Of a stretch of DNA of 64,000 bases, positions 22,356 through 33,345 are shown one piece after another (the first letter of the stretch is position 1; every line of letters begins with the position of its first letter). The position numbers and the translations under genes were made by a program. The notes under the pieces were generated by a model. The model was not told the DNA's origin, did not search any database, and saw only the letters and a program-made list of their open reading frames with translations. The DNA is from an uncultured Phycisphaerales bacterium (GTDB taxonomy: Bacteria > Planctomycetota > Phycisphaerae > Sedimentisphaerales > Anaerobacaceae), in assembly GCA_963772725.1 (NCBI GenBank), contig CAVYYI010000003.1:544001-608000 (forward strand), in the 5' to 3' direction.

Positions 22356-23881
22356 TACTTTTGTTGATACTGATAATTACGGTGAGTGCTGGCCTGCTTG
22401 CGTGGTTTTTAAGCAGGTGGAGCAGTAACGCGTGTCGTTTGCTGACTATTTCGGCACTGATTATTAATCTCGTGTTTTTGGTTGTTTTCTGGCTGCGGCA
22501 TTATCAGCAGCTTTCATTGGCGGCGGGTTCTCCGTGGCTTACCGGGCTGGAATGGAGCTGGATTCCGCAATTCGGCATCAGTTTTCATCTCGCGATGGAC
22601 GGCCTAAGTTTACTGCTGCTTATGCTTACAGTTTTTCTCGGCATTGTTTCCACGGCTGCGTCGTGGAGCGAGATTCAGGAGCGTGTCGGATTTTTCCATT
22701 TCAACCTGATGCTTATTCTCGCCGGAGTGATGGGCGTATTTATCGCGATGGATATGTTCCTTTTTTATTTTTTCTGGGAACTGATGCTCGTTCCAATGTA
22801 CTTTTTCATCAGTATCTGGGGACACGAAAACCGCACTTACGCCGCAATGAAGTTTTTTATCTTCACCCAGGCAGGCGGCTTGTTTATGTTATTATCTATA
22901 CTCGGTCTGTACTTTTATTGCGGCAAAAGTACCGGAAACTATACGTTTGATTATACGCAGTTATTAAATGTGTCAGCGGTCAATCAGTTTTCAATCTGGC
23001 TGATGCTCGGATTTTTTATTGCTTTCGCCGTTAAGTTGCCGGTTGTACCGTTCCACACATGGTTGCCGGATGCGCATACGCAGGCCCCCACGGCGGGCAG
23101 CATCATTCTTGCGGGGCTACTGTTGAAGACTGGGCCGTACGGTTTTATGCGGTTTGTTCTGCCGCTGTTTCCAAAGGCCTCACAGGAAATCAGTCTTATA
23201 GCTATGACTTTGGGCGTTATAGGAATTTTATACGGTGCGATTCTTGCCTTTGCGCAAAGAGATGTTAAGAGGCTGGTGGCTTATACAAGTATCAGCCATC
23301 TCGGTTTTGTACTATTGGGAATATTTTCCGGAAATATACTGGCACTGCAGGGAGCGGTGATAATTATACTGGCCCATGGCCTTACGACAGGGGGCCTATT
23401 TATTGTGGCTGGCGCAATCCAGGAGCGAATCCACTCCCGTGATATGAAAGCGATGGGCGGGCTTTGGTCAATAATGCCGCGAATGGGAGGTGTCACGATG
23501 TTCCTTGCGCTTGCGTCACTTGGCCTGCCTGGGCTTGCCAATTTTGTCGGTGAATTTTTGGTTCTTGCCGGGACTTATCAGATGTATCCTTTGCTGACTA
23601 TAATCGCGGCATTGGGATTCGTTGCAGCGTCAATATATTCACTGTGGCTGATTCATCGTGTTTTTCATGGGCAGGTACAGGAACAGAGGCAGTTGCCCGA
23701 TTTGAGTATTCGTGAGATGGCCGCATTCACTGTTATTATCGCGGTAATTGTCTGGATAGGCATTTATCCTCGGCCTTTTCTAAACACCGCTAAGCCCGCG
23801 ATTGATACTATTTTGCAACATTCATATACCTCTACCGAAATCAGCGTAGCAGAGATGGAGTCAAAGAATGCCTCTGAATAA
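22352..23881 (+). CDS. nuoM: NADH-quinone oxidoreductase subunit M
   Basis: FWELMLVPM, PFHTWLPDAH and GLPGLANFVGEF motifs. Confidence 0.96.
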   Translation: MILLLILIITVSAGLLAWFLSRWSSNACRLLTISALIINLVFLVVFWLRHYQQLSLAAGSPWLTGLEWSWIPQFGISFHLAMDGLSLLLLMLTVFLGIVSTAASWSEIQERVGFFHFNLMLILAGVMGVFIAMDMFLFYFFWELMLVPMYFFISIWGHENRTYAAMKFFIFTQAGGLFMLLSILGLYFYCGKSTGNYTFDYTQLLNVSAVNQFSIWLMLGFFIAFAVKLPVVPFHTWLPDAHTQAPTAGSIILAGLLLKTGPYGFMRFVLPLFPKASQEISLIAMTLGVIGILYGAILAFAQRDVKRLVAYTSISHLGFVLLGIFSGNILALQGAVIIILAHGLTTGGLFIVAGAIQERIHSRDMKAMGGLWSIMPRMGGVTMFLALASLGLPGLANFVGEFLVLAGTYQMYPLLTIIAALGFVAASIYSLWLIHRVFHGQVQEQRQLPDLSIREMAAFTVIIAVIVWIGIYPRPFLNTAKPAIDTILQHSYTSTEISVAEMESKNASE

Positions 23882-25334
23882 TCTCATACATATTCTGCAT
23901 CTTATTATCTTAAGTGCCGGAATAATATTGATTATGCTGGCGATATCGGTTCATCGCAGCCATATATTAACCTTTATTTTAACGCTGATTACTCTGTGTT
24001 TAGGTATGGCTGCTTTGGCGATTCCTTTGCCAGACGAGTCAGCTTATGTTTCCACTTTGCTGGTGACTGACGGGTATTCGTATTTTTATACCGGGCTGCT
24101 TTTTGCCGCCTGCATAATCACAGTTATTTTATCTTACAGTTATATGAGAGAACGGCAGTGCGTCAAAGAAGAGTTTTATGTTTTTTTACTTATCGCTACG
24201 GTCGGTTCAGCGGTACTTGTTTCCAGCAGCCATCTTGCGTCATTCTTTCTTGGTTTGGAAATTTTAAGCGTGTCCCTTTACGTTCTGACGGCATATTTGC
24301 GGTCGGCTCCAATCCATATTGAAGCCGGCATAAAATATCTTATCCCCGCGGCAACTTCCACGGCGTTCCTGCTTTTCGGTACGGCATTAATTTACTTGCG
24401 CTCCGGCTCAATGGAATTTTCGAAAATTACCGGCTGGGCAGCGATAGCCGCCAATTCGGTCAACCCATTATTTTTAACCGGTCTTGTTATGGTACTTGTG
24501 GGAATAGGTTTCAAACTCGCAGTTGTGCCTTTTCATTTATGGATACCGGATGTCTATGAAGGCGCTCCGGCACCAGTAACAGGGTTTATCGCGACTGTTT
24601 CAAAGGGTTCTGTTTTTGCATTGCTGCTTCGGTATTTTACCGCGATAAATGTAATGAATTACCAACCGTTATTTTTTATTTTCGCGGTTCTCGCGATTCT
24701 TTCAATGTTCTTCGGCAATCTTCTGGCTTTGCTGCAAAACAACGTTAAGCGCGTTCTTGCTTACTCTTCCATAGCCCACATCGGTTATCTGATTGTCGCT
24801 TTTCTTGCCAGCGACTCTATGGCAGTTGCGGCGGTATCTTTTTATTTAACCAGCTATTTTATTACAACATTGGGGGCTTTCGGAGTAATTACTGTTCTTT
24901 CGAGTAAAGAAAAAGACCTCGATAACATAGAGGGCTATCGAGGCCTGGTTTTTCACCACCCATTGCTGGCGGGAATATTTACGGCGATGTTGTTTTCTCT
25001 TGCGGGTATCCCCCTAACGGCTGGTTTTATCGGGAAATTTTATATCCTTTCCGCTGGTACGAATTCAGGTTTATGGACGCTTGTGGTTATTTTAGTCATA
25101 AACAGTGTTATTGGTCTTTTTTATTATCTACGCATCATCGCTGTGCTGTATTCCAAGGCCACTGAACCTGAAAATGAGGCGAAAACGCCGGTTTCGCTCT
25201 TTACATCGGGGTCTTGTTTTTCCGTCGTCTCGGGGGTAATTTTGGTGGCTCTGACTATTATGCTCGTTTGGCTTGGTATTTACCCCGGGCCGTTTATACA
25301 CCTGATTGAAACTCTGGCGACGCACCTTTCGTAA
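23868..25334 (+). CDS. nuoN: NADH-quinone oxidoreductase subunit N
   Basis: EAGIKY, FKLAVVPFHLWIPDVYEGAP and SLAGIPLTAGFIGKF motifs. Confidence 0.96.
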   Translation: MPLNNLIHILHLIILSAGIILIMLAISVHRSHILTFILTLITLCLGMAALAIPLPDESAYVSTLLVTDGYSYFYTGLLFAACIITVILSYSYMRERQCVKEEFYVFLLIATVGSAVLVSSSHLASFFLGLEILSVSLYVLTAYLRSAPIHIEAGIKYLIPAATSTAFLLFGTALIYLRSGSMEFSKITGWAAIAANSVNPLFLTGLVMVLVGIGFKLAVVPFHLWIPDVYEGAPAPVTGFIATVSKGSVFALLLRYFTAINVMNYQPLFFIFAVLAILSMFFGNLLALLQNNVKRVLAYSSIAHIGYLIVAFLASDSMAVAAVSFYLTSYFITTLGAFGVITVLSSKEKDLDNIEGYRGLVFHHPLLAGIFTAMLFSLAGIPLTAGFIGKFYILSAGTNSGLWTLVVILVINSVIGLFYYLRIIAVLYSKATEPENEAKTPVSLFTSGSCFSVVSGVILVALTIMLVWLGIYPGPFIHLIETLATHLS

Positions 25335-25385
25335 AGTCGTCTTATAGCGTACAAAAAAACTGCTTAACAAATAAAAGAGGTAATT

Positions 25386-27429
25386 ATGCCGCGTGACTTG
25401 CCCATAGGTAATGGAACTGTCCTGGCTAATTTTGACAGCAGTTATAATTTGCGCGATTTATATTTCCCTTATGTCGGGATGGAAAATCATACCGAAGGCC
25501 ATCCAATCCGTTTCGGTATCTGGGCAGACGGAATTATGAAGTGGATTGAGGACGGCTGGAAAATCGAACTAAAGTATGTGCCTGATACCCTTGTTACCGA
25601 GGTGCATTGCTTCCACCCCGAACTGAAATTGGAACTCTTCTGCCGGGATTGTGTCGATTTTCATATCTGGGTCCTGCTTCGTGAGGTTATCGTCAAAGAC
25701 CTTTCCGGTCGCGACAGAGACGTGCGCCTCTTTTACAATCATGAATTTCACATAAAGGAAAATAACATCGGCGATACCGCGTATTATGACCCACAGACAA
25801 GTGCAGTTGTACATTATAAACAGAACCGCTATTTCCTGATAAATCTTTGTACGCCGGCAAAATGCGGTGTTGACCATTTCGCGACAGGCATTCACGATTT
25901 CCGCGGCTATGAAGGCACCTGGCGTGATGCCGAGGACGGCCAGCTCAGCGGCAATCCAATCGCCCAGGGTTCCGTGGATTCCTGCATCGGAATTAACCTG
26001 GCTGTGCCCGCCAATGGCACAAATAAATGTACATACTGGGTCGCGTGCCAGCAGAATTACGATGGTGCCGCCCGAATTAATGCGGTAGTCAGACAAAAAA
26101 CTCCCGAAGTGCTTATTAACAGGACTATTAATTACTGGAAACTATGGGTCAATAAAGAGCAATGGAATCTCCAGGCTCTGCCTCCTAACATTGCCGAACT
26201 CTTCAAACGAAGCCTTCTGATTCTAAGAACTCACGTTGATGATGGAGGCGCCATAATCGCCGCCGCTGATTACGATGCGACTAATTTTGCTCGTGATACC
26301 TATGCCTATATGTGGCCAAGGGATGGTGCATTGTGCGCTTACAGCCTGATTAAAGCCGGTTACGCCGACGCGAGCAGGAGATTCTTCCAGTTTTGTCTCG
26401 ACGTGATTTCACCACAGGGCTACATGCTGCACAAGTTCAATCCGGATAAAACGCTTGCCTCGTCCTGGCAGCCGTGGCTCTTGTCAGGCAGGGAATCTAT
26501 TCCGATTCAGGAAGATGAAACCGCCCTGGTTATCTGGTCTCTTTGGCATCATTTCCATAAATTCAGAGAAATCGAATTCATAAAGCCTCTTTATCGCAGA
26601 CTCATTATAAATTCAGCGGATTTTATGGTGAACTTTCGCGACAAAAATACGCACCTGCCCAACCCTTCTTATGACGTATGGGAAGAACGCTTTGGTGTGC
26701 ATCTGTTCACAGCGGCAGCGGTGATAGGCGGCCTTAGGCGGCAGCGAATTTGCGCGGGCATTCGGAGAAATAGAAGACGCGCAAAGATGCGAGACAGCCG
26801 TGGATGAGATGCGTAAAGCCGTTGAAAAATATATGTGGAACGAAAAAAATCGCTGCTATTGCAGGATGCTTATACCCAAAAATGACGGAACTTATGAACA
26901 GGATAATACCATAGACTCCGCCTGCGGCAGTCTTTGGGCTGTCGGGGCGATGGAACCGTCAAATCCGAAAGTCCGCCTGACAATGGAAAAAATCCGCGAA
27001 ACACTTTGCGTAAATACGCCCATCGGCGGATATGCTCGATACCAGGGCGATAATTACCAGCGTGATGTTCATCTCACCGAAAAAATTCCCGGCAATCCGT
27101 GGATTATCTGCGGGCTTTGGCTTGCGCAGTATGACATCGCAATGGCGGGCTCTCTTGATGAACTTAACAAAAGTTTAGAGTTTCTGAATTGGACGGCAGA
27201 CCATGCCCTTGCTTCCGGAGTTTTGCCCGAACAGATACATCCTTTAACGGGCAAGCCGCTTTCAGTGTCCCCTCTGGCCTGGAGTCATGCCGCTGTTGTT
27301 ATGACAGTCCTCGACTATCTGGAAAAATGGTGCCGTCTTTCAAAAAAATCTCAGCAGGAAATTCATTTGCCCGAACGAAACCTGCCTCCTTCTCTCAAAA
27401 CTTTCCCGACCTGTGGCGAGAATGAATAA
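25386..27429 (+). CDS. glycoside hydrolase family 15 (glucoamylase/trehalase-like), frameshift near 26740-26800
   Basis: YAYMWPRDGA, QEDETA, YDVWEER, GVLPEQ and PLAWSHA motifs. Confidence 0.92.
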
Positions 27430-27610
27430 AAGAATATTGCTTTATAATTATAGCTTAACTAACCCGCTGAAAACGGATTATCCAGCCTCAATACAGATGG
27501 TATTTGGCACTCTATATTCAACAATTTGGCAGAGACCCAAATACAGCCCAAAACATTGATATCAAATTGAAATAGCCCCTCGTTTTTGAGCCGATACTTA
27601 CCAATTCCAG

Positions 27611-28454
27611 TTATATTCTGACTTTCAGAAACGGCTTGAAAATAAGAGCAAAAATCATTGAGGCGATAAAAAAGTAAATCAGCCAGTGGTTTGTCCCGCC
27701 GGTTGAGGATGTGCGTTCAGGATAATCAATTCTGATGGACTGAACCAATGAATCAGACGCAAAAGGCTTCTCCGCGGGATAGAGCATCACGTTAGTCCAT
27801 TGCCAACCAGGCCGCTCAGCGCTGATTCTCATAAAGCCATCGCCGACTGCGAAAGACTTTTCAATTTTTTCACCGTTGACCTGAAAAATAATACTGCTGT
27901 ATCCTTTTTGCGTTGCCTCTAACTGCCAGAGTATCTCGCGTTTTGCGGAAATCTTGACCGGTCCCATAATTATTTTTGCCGCCGGAGATGAAACAATATT
28001 GACATCAGGTCTGCGATATTTCCGCCTGTTCATTCAGTTTCATAACAACTACGACTTGCTCTGCCTGCTTTAACGGCCTGAACTCATACCAAAGGCCCAT
28101 CTGTGCAAGAAGCAGGGAAACAGGGACAATCATAACCAGCATCGGAATAAGCGAATGAAACAAGAGCAAAAAGGCTGAAACAAAAACTCTTCCCTGCGCC
28201 TCTAATGTTACGGCGAGACTGTCCTTAAAGAGTTTAAGGGTCAGCATATCCGCTTTTATGCTGTCTCTTATCCGGGCGATTGCCCGCTGATTGGATGTGT
28301 ACTTAAAAATAAACATCAGCAGTACACCGGCGGCAGCGGAAATAATCGTATTCGACAGCCAGCCGGGAAGTGAAGTCATTGGCGCAAATGCGAATTCACC
28401 AAAGGCGTTAGCCGGTATATTCAGCAGGCTTATAATGCGTGTTAAAAAATCCAT
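27611..28454 (-). CDS. membrane protein resembling DUF106/TMCO1/EMC3 (Oxa1 superfamily) with an inserted soluble domain; frameshift near 28010
   Basis: TM1, then FKYTSNQRAIARIRDSIKA (helical hairpin), then SLIPMLVMIVP (TM2), a soluble beta-rich insert and WLIYFFIASMIFALIFKPFLKV (TM3). Family assignment is by eye. Confidence 0.55.
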
Positions 28455-28639
28455 TATTCGATATATCCAAGTCCGCGAAGTTTCTCCGCTGTTTTTTCGT
28501 CGGCCTGTGAAGTCTCGTATTTCGCAAGCTCTTTTTCGATTGCGTGAATGATAAATTCGTCCGGGCTGCTGTAGCCAGCGGTTTCACACGCCTTTTTCAC
28601 ACGCTCAAAAAGATTGGAATCTATTTTTATCTTGGCCAT
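28454..28639 (-). CDS. 61-aa protein with RHH/CopG-like N-terminus and C-terminal LRGLGYIE motif
   Basis: KIKIDSNLFERVKKACETAGYSSPDEFIIHAIEKEL fits beta-alpha-alpha; SD AGAGG; stop overlaps the next start (TAATG). Confidence 0.8.
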   Translation of the reverse strand: MAKIKIDSNLFERVKKACETAGYSSPDEFIIHAIEKELAKYETSQADEKTAEKLRGLGYIE

Positions 28640-28668
28640 TTTTATACCTCTTTGTTATTCGACATTTT

Positions 28669-30694
28669 TTATGTTTTGAATATATTTTTGCCCTCCATGG
28701 AAGAGGGTATTTGTAAGCCGAACTCCGTCAGCACAGATGGACCGATATCAATCAGGAAAGGCCTTTCCGCGACTATGGGGCGGTTGCTGAATATAATGCC
28801 GGGCACCTCGGAAACATCGGCGCAGTGGTCGTGCGCTCCATGCCGAATCGTTATCAGACAGCACCTCTTTATCAATACCGCCCAGGCACGTCTGCCACGA
28901 CGCCCTGAAATCACGGCAGTATCCTATAATCAAATCAGGTGCGAATTCTGTCGCCGGGCCGGCGTAAACCGTGTCGGTGCGGTGAACCTTGCGAATCACT
29001 CTTCTGCCGTCGGCATCCCTGACCGACTCAAGTTTATCTGTCAGTTCCTTAATCAAATCCTCCCGTTCTCTGCCCGGCTCAACAATGCCGTCCCGCTCAC
29101 GCCCTTTAAGATTTAGGTATAAACCGTTTATGCCCAGCCCGTAAGCCCTCGTCTTTGACCAGTTCACGTCTGACATAATCGAGGTTGCCCCCGCGTTTTG
29201 GATATAGCCGTTCAAAAGCAGCCATTTATTCAGGCCAAACTGTCTCTTGAAATTGGCAAATCCATGGTCGCTCATCACGATAATCGTCGCGTTATTTCCA
29301 TATCGCTTCAGAATATCGCCGACAACGGCATCCATCCTCCGATAAAGCTCTTTGATATTACCGAAGTATTTTTTAGCCTCTTCGGCTGAACGGGTCGGAT
29401 GTTTTGCATCGGAGTCCCACCAGAACATGTGTGCCTGAAGGTCGGTACTCGAAAAATAGAAAAACAGCAGCCCATCATCATAATTATTTATAGCATATTG
29501 AAGCAGGTTCAGTCGCTCCTGCAAAACTATCTCCGCCTGCGAGGCATATTCGGCGTCTGTAAACACACGGTTCGATAATGCCTTATGGTCTTCCTGAAAA
29601 CCTGTCGTATAGAACAGGCCTAATTTATTCGAAACATTTTTAATAAATGCCGGCGGTTCAGTAAGTTTAATGGCTGGATTGGATGGGTCGGTATTTATTG
29701 GCGTTACATAAAGTCTGAAATTTGGTGCAAACTCCTGCAGATAAAACCGGCATATTCCGCTGATGTGCTTGTCAGGCATCAAAGCTGGCATCGACATACC
29801 AAAATCCACTTTCAGCCACGGACTCCATTGTTTTTCCTTCAGGAGAATTTTACTCTTCTGGATTTCGATAACCGCCGTGCGCGACTGGTTGTCCCTGTAC
29901 ACGAGAAATTCTATCGTCATCGGTTCAGGTTTTTTTAGAAAAGTGTTTTGTGGGCCGATTAGTTTTAACGGTGGTTTTGATACGTCGTTTTCAAAAAAAA
30001 TCATCGAACGCATTCCGCCGCCCTCATCTTTTGTCGCGAAAGGCCCATCTTCGGCAAAATGCTGATAAGTGCCATAAGTTCCGAGCATATCCGGTGTGCC
30101 CATTCCGGAAAGACACCTGTGATGACCATACTTCGACGGGCTGGCCGGATAATTCGACGGCAAATCGTAAAACACCGACTCAATCCCGGCTTCATCAAGA
30201 TAATCCCAGAATGGAGTCCCCTGACGCCGCAAGATTGTTTCAGCAGGCTTATCGTTAAATGGCCAGAAATCCAACTGAATTCTGTGGTCGCCTATATTTC
30301 GATACCCGACTCCCTCCACCGTTTCCGCCGCCGAATAAAACGGCGTACATTGTTTTTCGGGATTACGGTGAATAAAATCAAAAATTCCATGCGAGCCCGG
30401 GCCGGCGCCATTTATAAAATTTGCCCACGCGACGGGACTCTGCGGCGGAATACTCGTCCCAAGCCGCCGGTACCCGTTATTTTTGCGAAGCATATCGAGG
30501 TTCGGAAGCTGACCTTCATCCATCATTTTTTCCGAAAGCCCCGGGTCCATTCCGTCTATGCCGATAATAATTACTTTTTTCGTATCCGAAGATTTGCCGT
30601 TAACGCCATAACCCGATTTCATCGCCCAAGATGCCGCCACAGCCGCCGCTGCGGATTGCTTCAAAAACTCTCTTCTGTTAAGTTTACTAATCAT
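28669..30694 (-). CDS. alkaline-phosphatase-superfamily NPP/phosphodiesterase with Tat-like signal; frameshift near 28830
   Basis: NRREFLK; IGIDGMD, PPQSPVAW, DLQAH, MSDHG, WSA/DHC; true C-terminus ...SMEGKNIFKT. Confidence 0.88.
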
Positions 30695-30698
30695 TTTT

Positions 30699-32819
30699 TT
30701 ACTTATTTTTAATTTCGCTTACAGCCAGCGGCTTACCATCCATATTATTTGGAACATCGACTCCGAACATATCAAGTACGGTCGGGCCTATATCCATCAG
30801 CCGCGGGTTATCATTCTCAACCGGCCTGCTGCAGAAAAATACTCCCGGCACAAGGGAATGGTCGATACAATGGTCGCCGCTCCAGGCTTTTGTATTGTCA
30901 TGAAAAATCGCATCCGTTACCTGACCAACCGCCGTTTCCCACGATGCCCTATAACCGCGATTATAACCGATTATCAAATCCGGCGCCTCCTCTTTATACG
31001 GGCCATTATAAACTTTCATCGCGTTATACACCTGCTTGATCGCTGACTGGTTGGCGCCGCCGTCGATAAGTTTCGATAATTTACCGGCTATTTCCTCGCG
31101 AAGTTTCCCCGCCTCATCGCTGGGGTCAACAATACCCTGGGATTCCCTGCCTTTAAGGTTAAGAAAAATTCCCGCCAATCCAATCGCAAAAGCACGGGTC
31201 TGTGACCAGTCAATAGCCTCAAGATATTTTTTGTCCCGCAGTCCCGGCTTTATTTTAAGATACCCGTTTTCCTCAAGCCAGCGGTTCAAATCCACTCCCC
31301 GCCTAAATGTGCTGAAACCATGGTCAGAAATAATCATCAGCACCATATCTTTGCCCCTGCACTTTTCTACTGTTTTACCCACAAGGATATCCATTCTCTT
31401 ATATAGGTCTTCAACGGCATTTTGTTCTTTGGAACGGATTCGTTCTTTTCTGGCTGGATGCTCGCTGTCGATATCGCGCCAGAAAGTATGCTGGATTCTG
31501 TCCGTGCCGTCGAAAACGCACACGCACAGCCCCTGCCTTACCTTGTCGAGCGAATCGAAAAACATTTTCTCACGCTCCTGGTCCATATTTATGCACTGCT
31601 GGATGAAACCGTCGTCAACGAGAACTTTTTCATTAAGCGCCCAACTGTCCTCGGCAAGGCCCAGCGTAGCGAAAGGCCCCTGCCTTTTGGCAAGATATAT
31701 CGAATAAACCGGCGGCTGTGAAATGGGCATCGCCGGTTTTTCAGGGTCGATGTTAATCGGGGTAACATAAAGTTCAAAATCAGGCTCTGTGCTTAGCAAC
31801 AGAAATTTGCAGATGCCATGTACTTTAACGCCTGCGCCGGCCTTGAACGCGATTTTTATCCATTGCGAATACTGACCTTTTTTAAGATTGAACATCTGCC
31901 CGTCGAATTTAATATCCGCCGAATCGCTGCCCCTTATAGTAATAGTAAAAGGCAGCTTTAAAACGCTGTTGTCTTTGAGCAATGGGTTTTCAGAACCGAT
32001 AAGTTCAGCTTCTATGGTATTTCCGTTTCGTTCAACCATAAACTGTTCGCCGCCTGTATGCTCGTTGTATGTATCCCTGCTGCTCGTATAAAATGAAAAC
32101 ATCCCCTGTGTGCCGCGTAAATCCGGAACGCACATGCCGGAAAGCTGAACGCCATAAAATTTTTCGGGCGGAAACGTCAGCGGAACGCGGATAACATTGC
32201 TGAAAATACCGTGTTCGCCGAGGGTAATCCAGAAGGGTTTACCTTTTCGCAGCAGGCGAACATCGGGCTTTGATAACGCGAATCTGTATCTGCCCAGCGT
32301 TATTGTCCTGCTGGGACCTTTTATATCGACGCTGCTGAGTTTCGGCAGATATGAGTTTTTGTCCCGTGTCAGAAAATCGAAAATATTGTGCTTGCCGGGA
32401 TTTACACCAGTCTGAAATGACGACCACGCCACCGGTGAAATGGATGGAATCGTGGTTTCCAGCGGTTTGAAACAGCCCTGCTCGCGCAGTTTGGCCAGAT
32501 TCGGAAGTTTGCCCTCAGCGAGGAATTTTTCCGTCAGGGCGTAATCCATACCGTCAAGGCCGAGTATTACGATTTTTTTCACCTTGCTGCGGGCAAACGC
32601 GTGTCTGTGCCGAATCGCCCGGATGATATAACGCGCAGGCCAGGTGAATAACGCCAGTACCGCTGAAAAAATAGCGGTGAACATAACAAGGAATGACCCC
32701 ATCACCGCGAATCCTGCCCCCGGGCCTATGTATGCGTGAGCCTTGGCGGGAACAATCAGGAAAAAAAGACACACCAGGAACAAGCACTTAACAAGTTTTT
32801 TCCGTTGTCCTGCACGCAT
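30699..32819 (-). CDS. alkaline-phosphatase-superfamily NPP/phosphodiesterase with signal peptide, YIGPG motif and TM anchor
   Basis: AHA-YIGPGAG followed by a TM helix; LGLDGMD, PSISPVAW, DRIQH, ISDHG and WSGDH motifs. Confidence 0.9.
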   Translation of the reverse strand: MRAGQRKKLVKCLFLVCLFFLIVPAKAHAYIGPGAGFAVMGSFLVMFTAIFSAVLALFTWPARYIIRAIRHRHAFARSKVKKIVILGLDGMDYALTEKFLAEGKLPNLAKLREQGCFKPLETTIPSISPVAWSSFQTGVNPGKHNIFDFLTRDKNSYLPKLSSVDIKGPSRTITLGRYRFALSKPDVRLLRKGKPFWITLGEHGIFSNVIRVPLTFPPEKFYGVQLSGMCVPDLRGTQGMFSFYTSSRDTYNEHTGGEQFMVERNGNTIEAELIGSENPLLKDNSVLKLPFTITIRGSDSADIKFDGQMFNLKKGQYSQWIKIAFKAGAGVKVHGICKFLLLSTEPDFELYVTPINIDPEKPAMPISQPPVYSIYLAKRQGPFATLGLAEDSWALNEKVLVDDGFIQQCINMDQEREKMFFDSLDKVRQGLCVCVFDGTDRIQHTFWRDIDSEHPARKERIRSKEQNAVEDLYKRMDILVGKTVEKCRGKDMVLMIISDHGFSTFRRGVDLNRWLEENGYLKIKPGLRDKKYLEAIDWSQTRAFAIGLAGIFLNLKGRESQGIVDPSDEAGKLREEIAGKLSKLIDGGANQSAIKQVYNAMKVYNGPYKEEAPDLIIGYNRGYRASWETAVGQVTDAIFHDNTKAWSGDHCIDHSLVPGVFFCSRPVENDNPRLMDIGPTVLDMFGVDVPNNMDGKPLAVSEIKNK

Positions 32820-33345
32820 TTTCTTTGTAATTGACGCGAGATTGCGCTACTTTTTTCAATTCTTTAAGTTTGTCCTGAAGCCGTTTATAAACGTTTGGCG
32901 GGATAAGATTGGAAACGTCGCCGCCCAGCGCAGCAACTTCACGAATCAGCGTCGAGCTTGTAAAGCCGTACTCGGCGCTGGTCATAATAAAGACCGTCTC
33001 TATGCCCGCGACTGCCCTGTTCGTCATAGCGAGCTGAAATTCATACTGAACATCGGTAAGACTTCGCATCCCGCGGAGAATCACGTCAGCCTTTTTCTGC
33101 TTTGCGTATTCGACCATCAGGCCGTCGAAACCTTCGACTGACACTCGCGGCATATCCGCTACCAGCTCTTTTATCATCTCTACGCGTTCCTTTGGTGTAA
33201 AAAGCGGGTTTTTAATCGGACTTCTGCCTACGGCGACGACGAGTTCGTCGAAAATCGCTACGCCGCGATGAATAACGTCCAGATGACCGTTTGTAATCGG
33301 GTCGAAAGAGCCTGGAAATATCGCCCTGACAAATTTTTTCTTCAT
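32788..33345 (-). CDS. coaD: phosphopantetheine adenylyltransferase
   Basis: FPGSFDPITNGHLD, RGMRSLTD.YE and SSTLIRE motifs. Confidence 0.97.
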   Translation of the reverse strand: MKKKFVRAIFPGSFDPITNGHLDVIHRGVAIFDELVVAVGRSPIKNPLFTPKERVEMIKELVADMPRVSVEGFDGLMVEYAKQKKADVILRGMRSLTDVQYEFQLAMTNRAVAGIETVFIMTSAEYGFTSSTLIREVAALGGDVSNLIPPNVYKRLQDKLKELKKVAQSRVNYKENACRTTEKTC

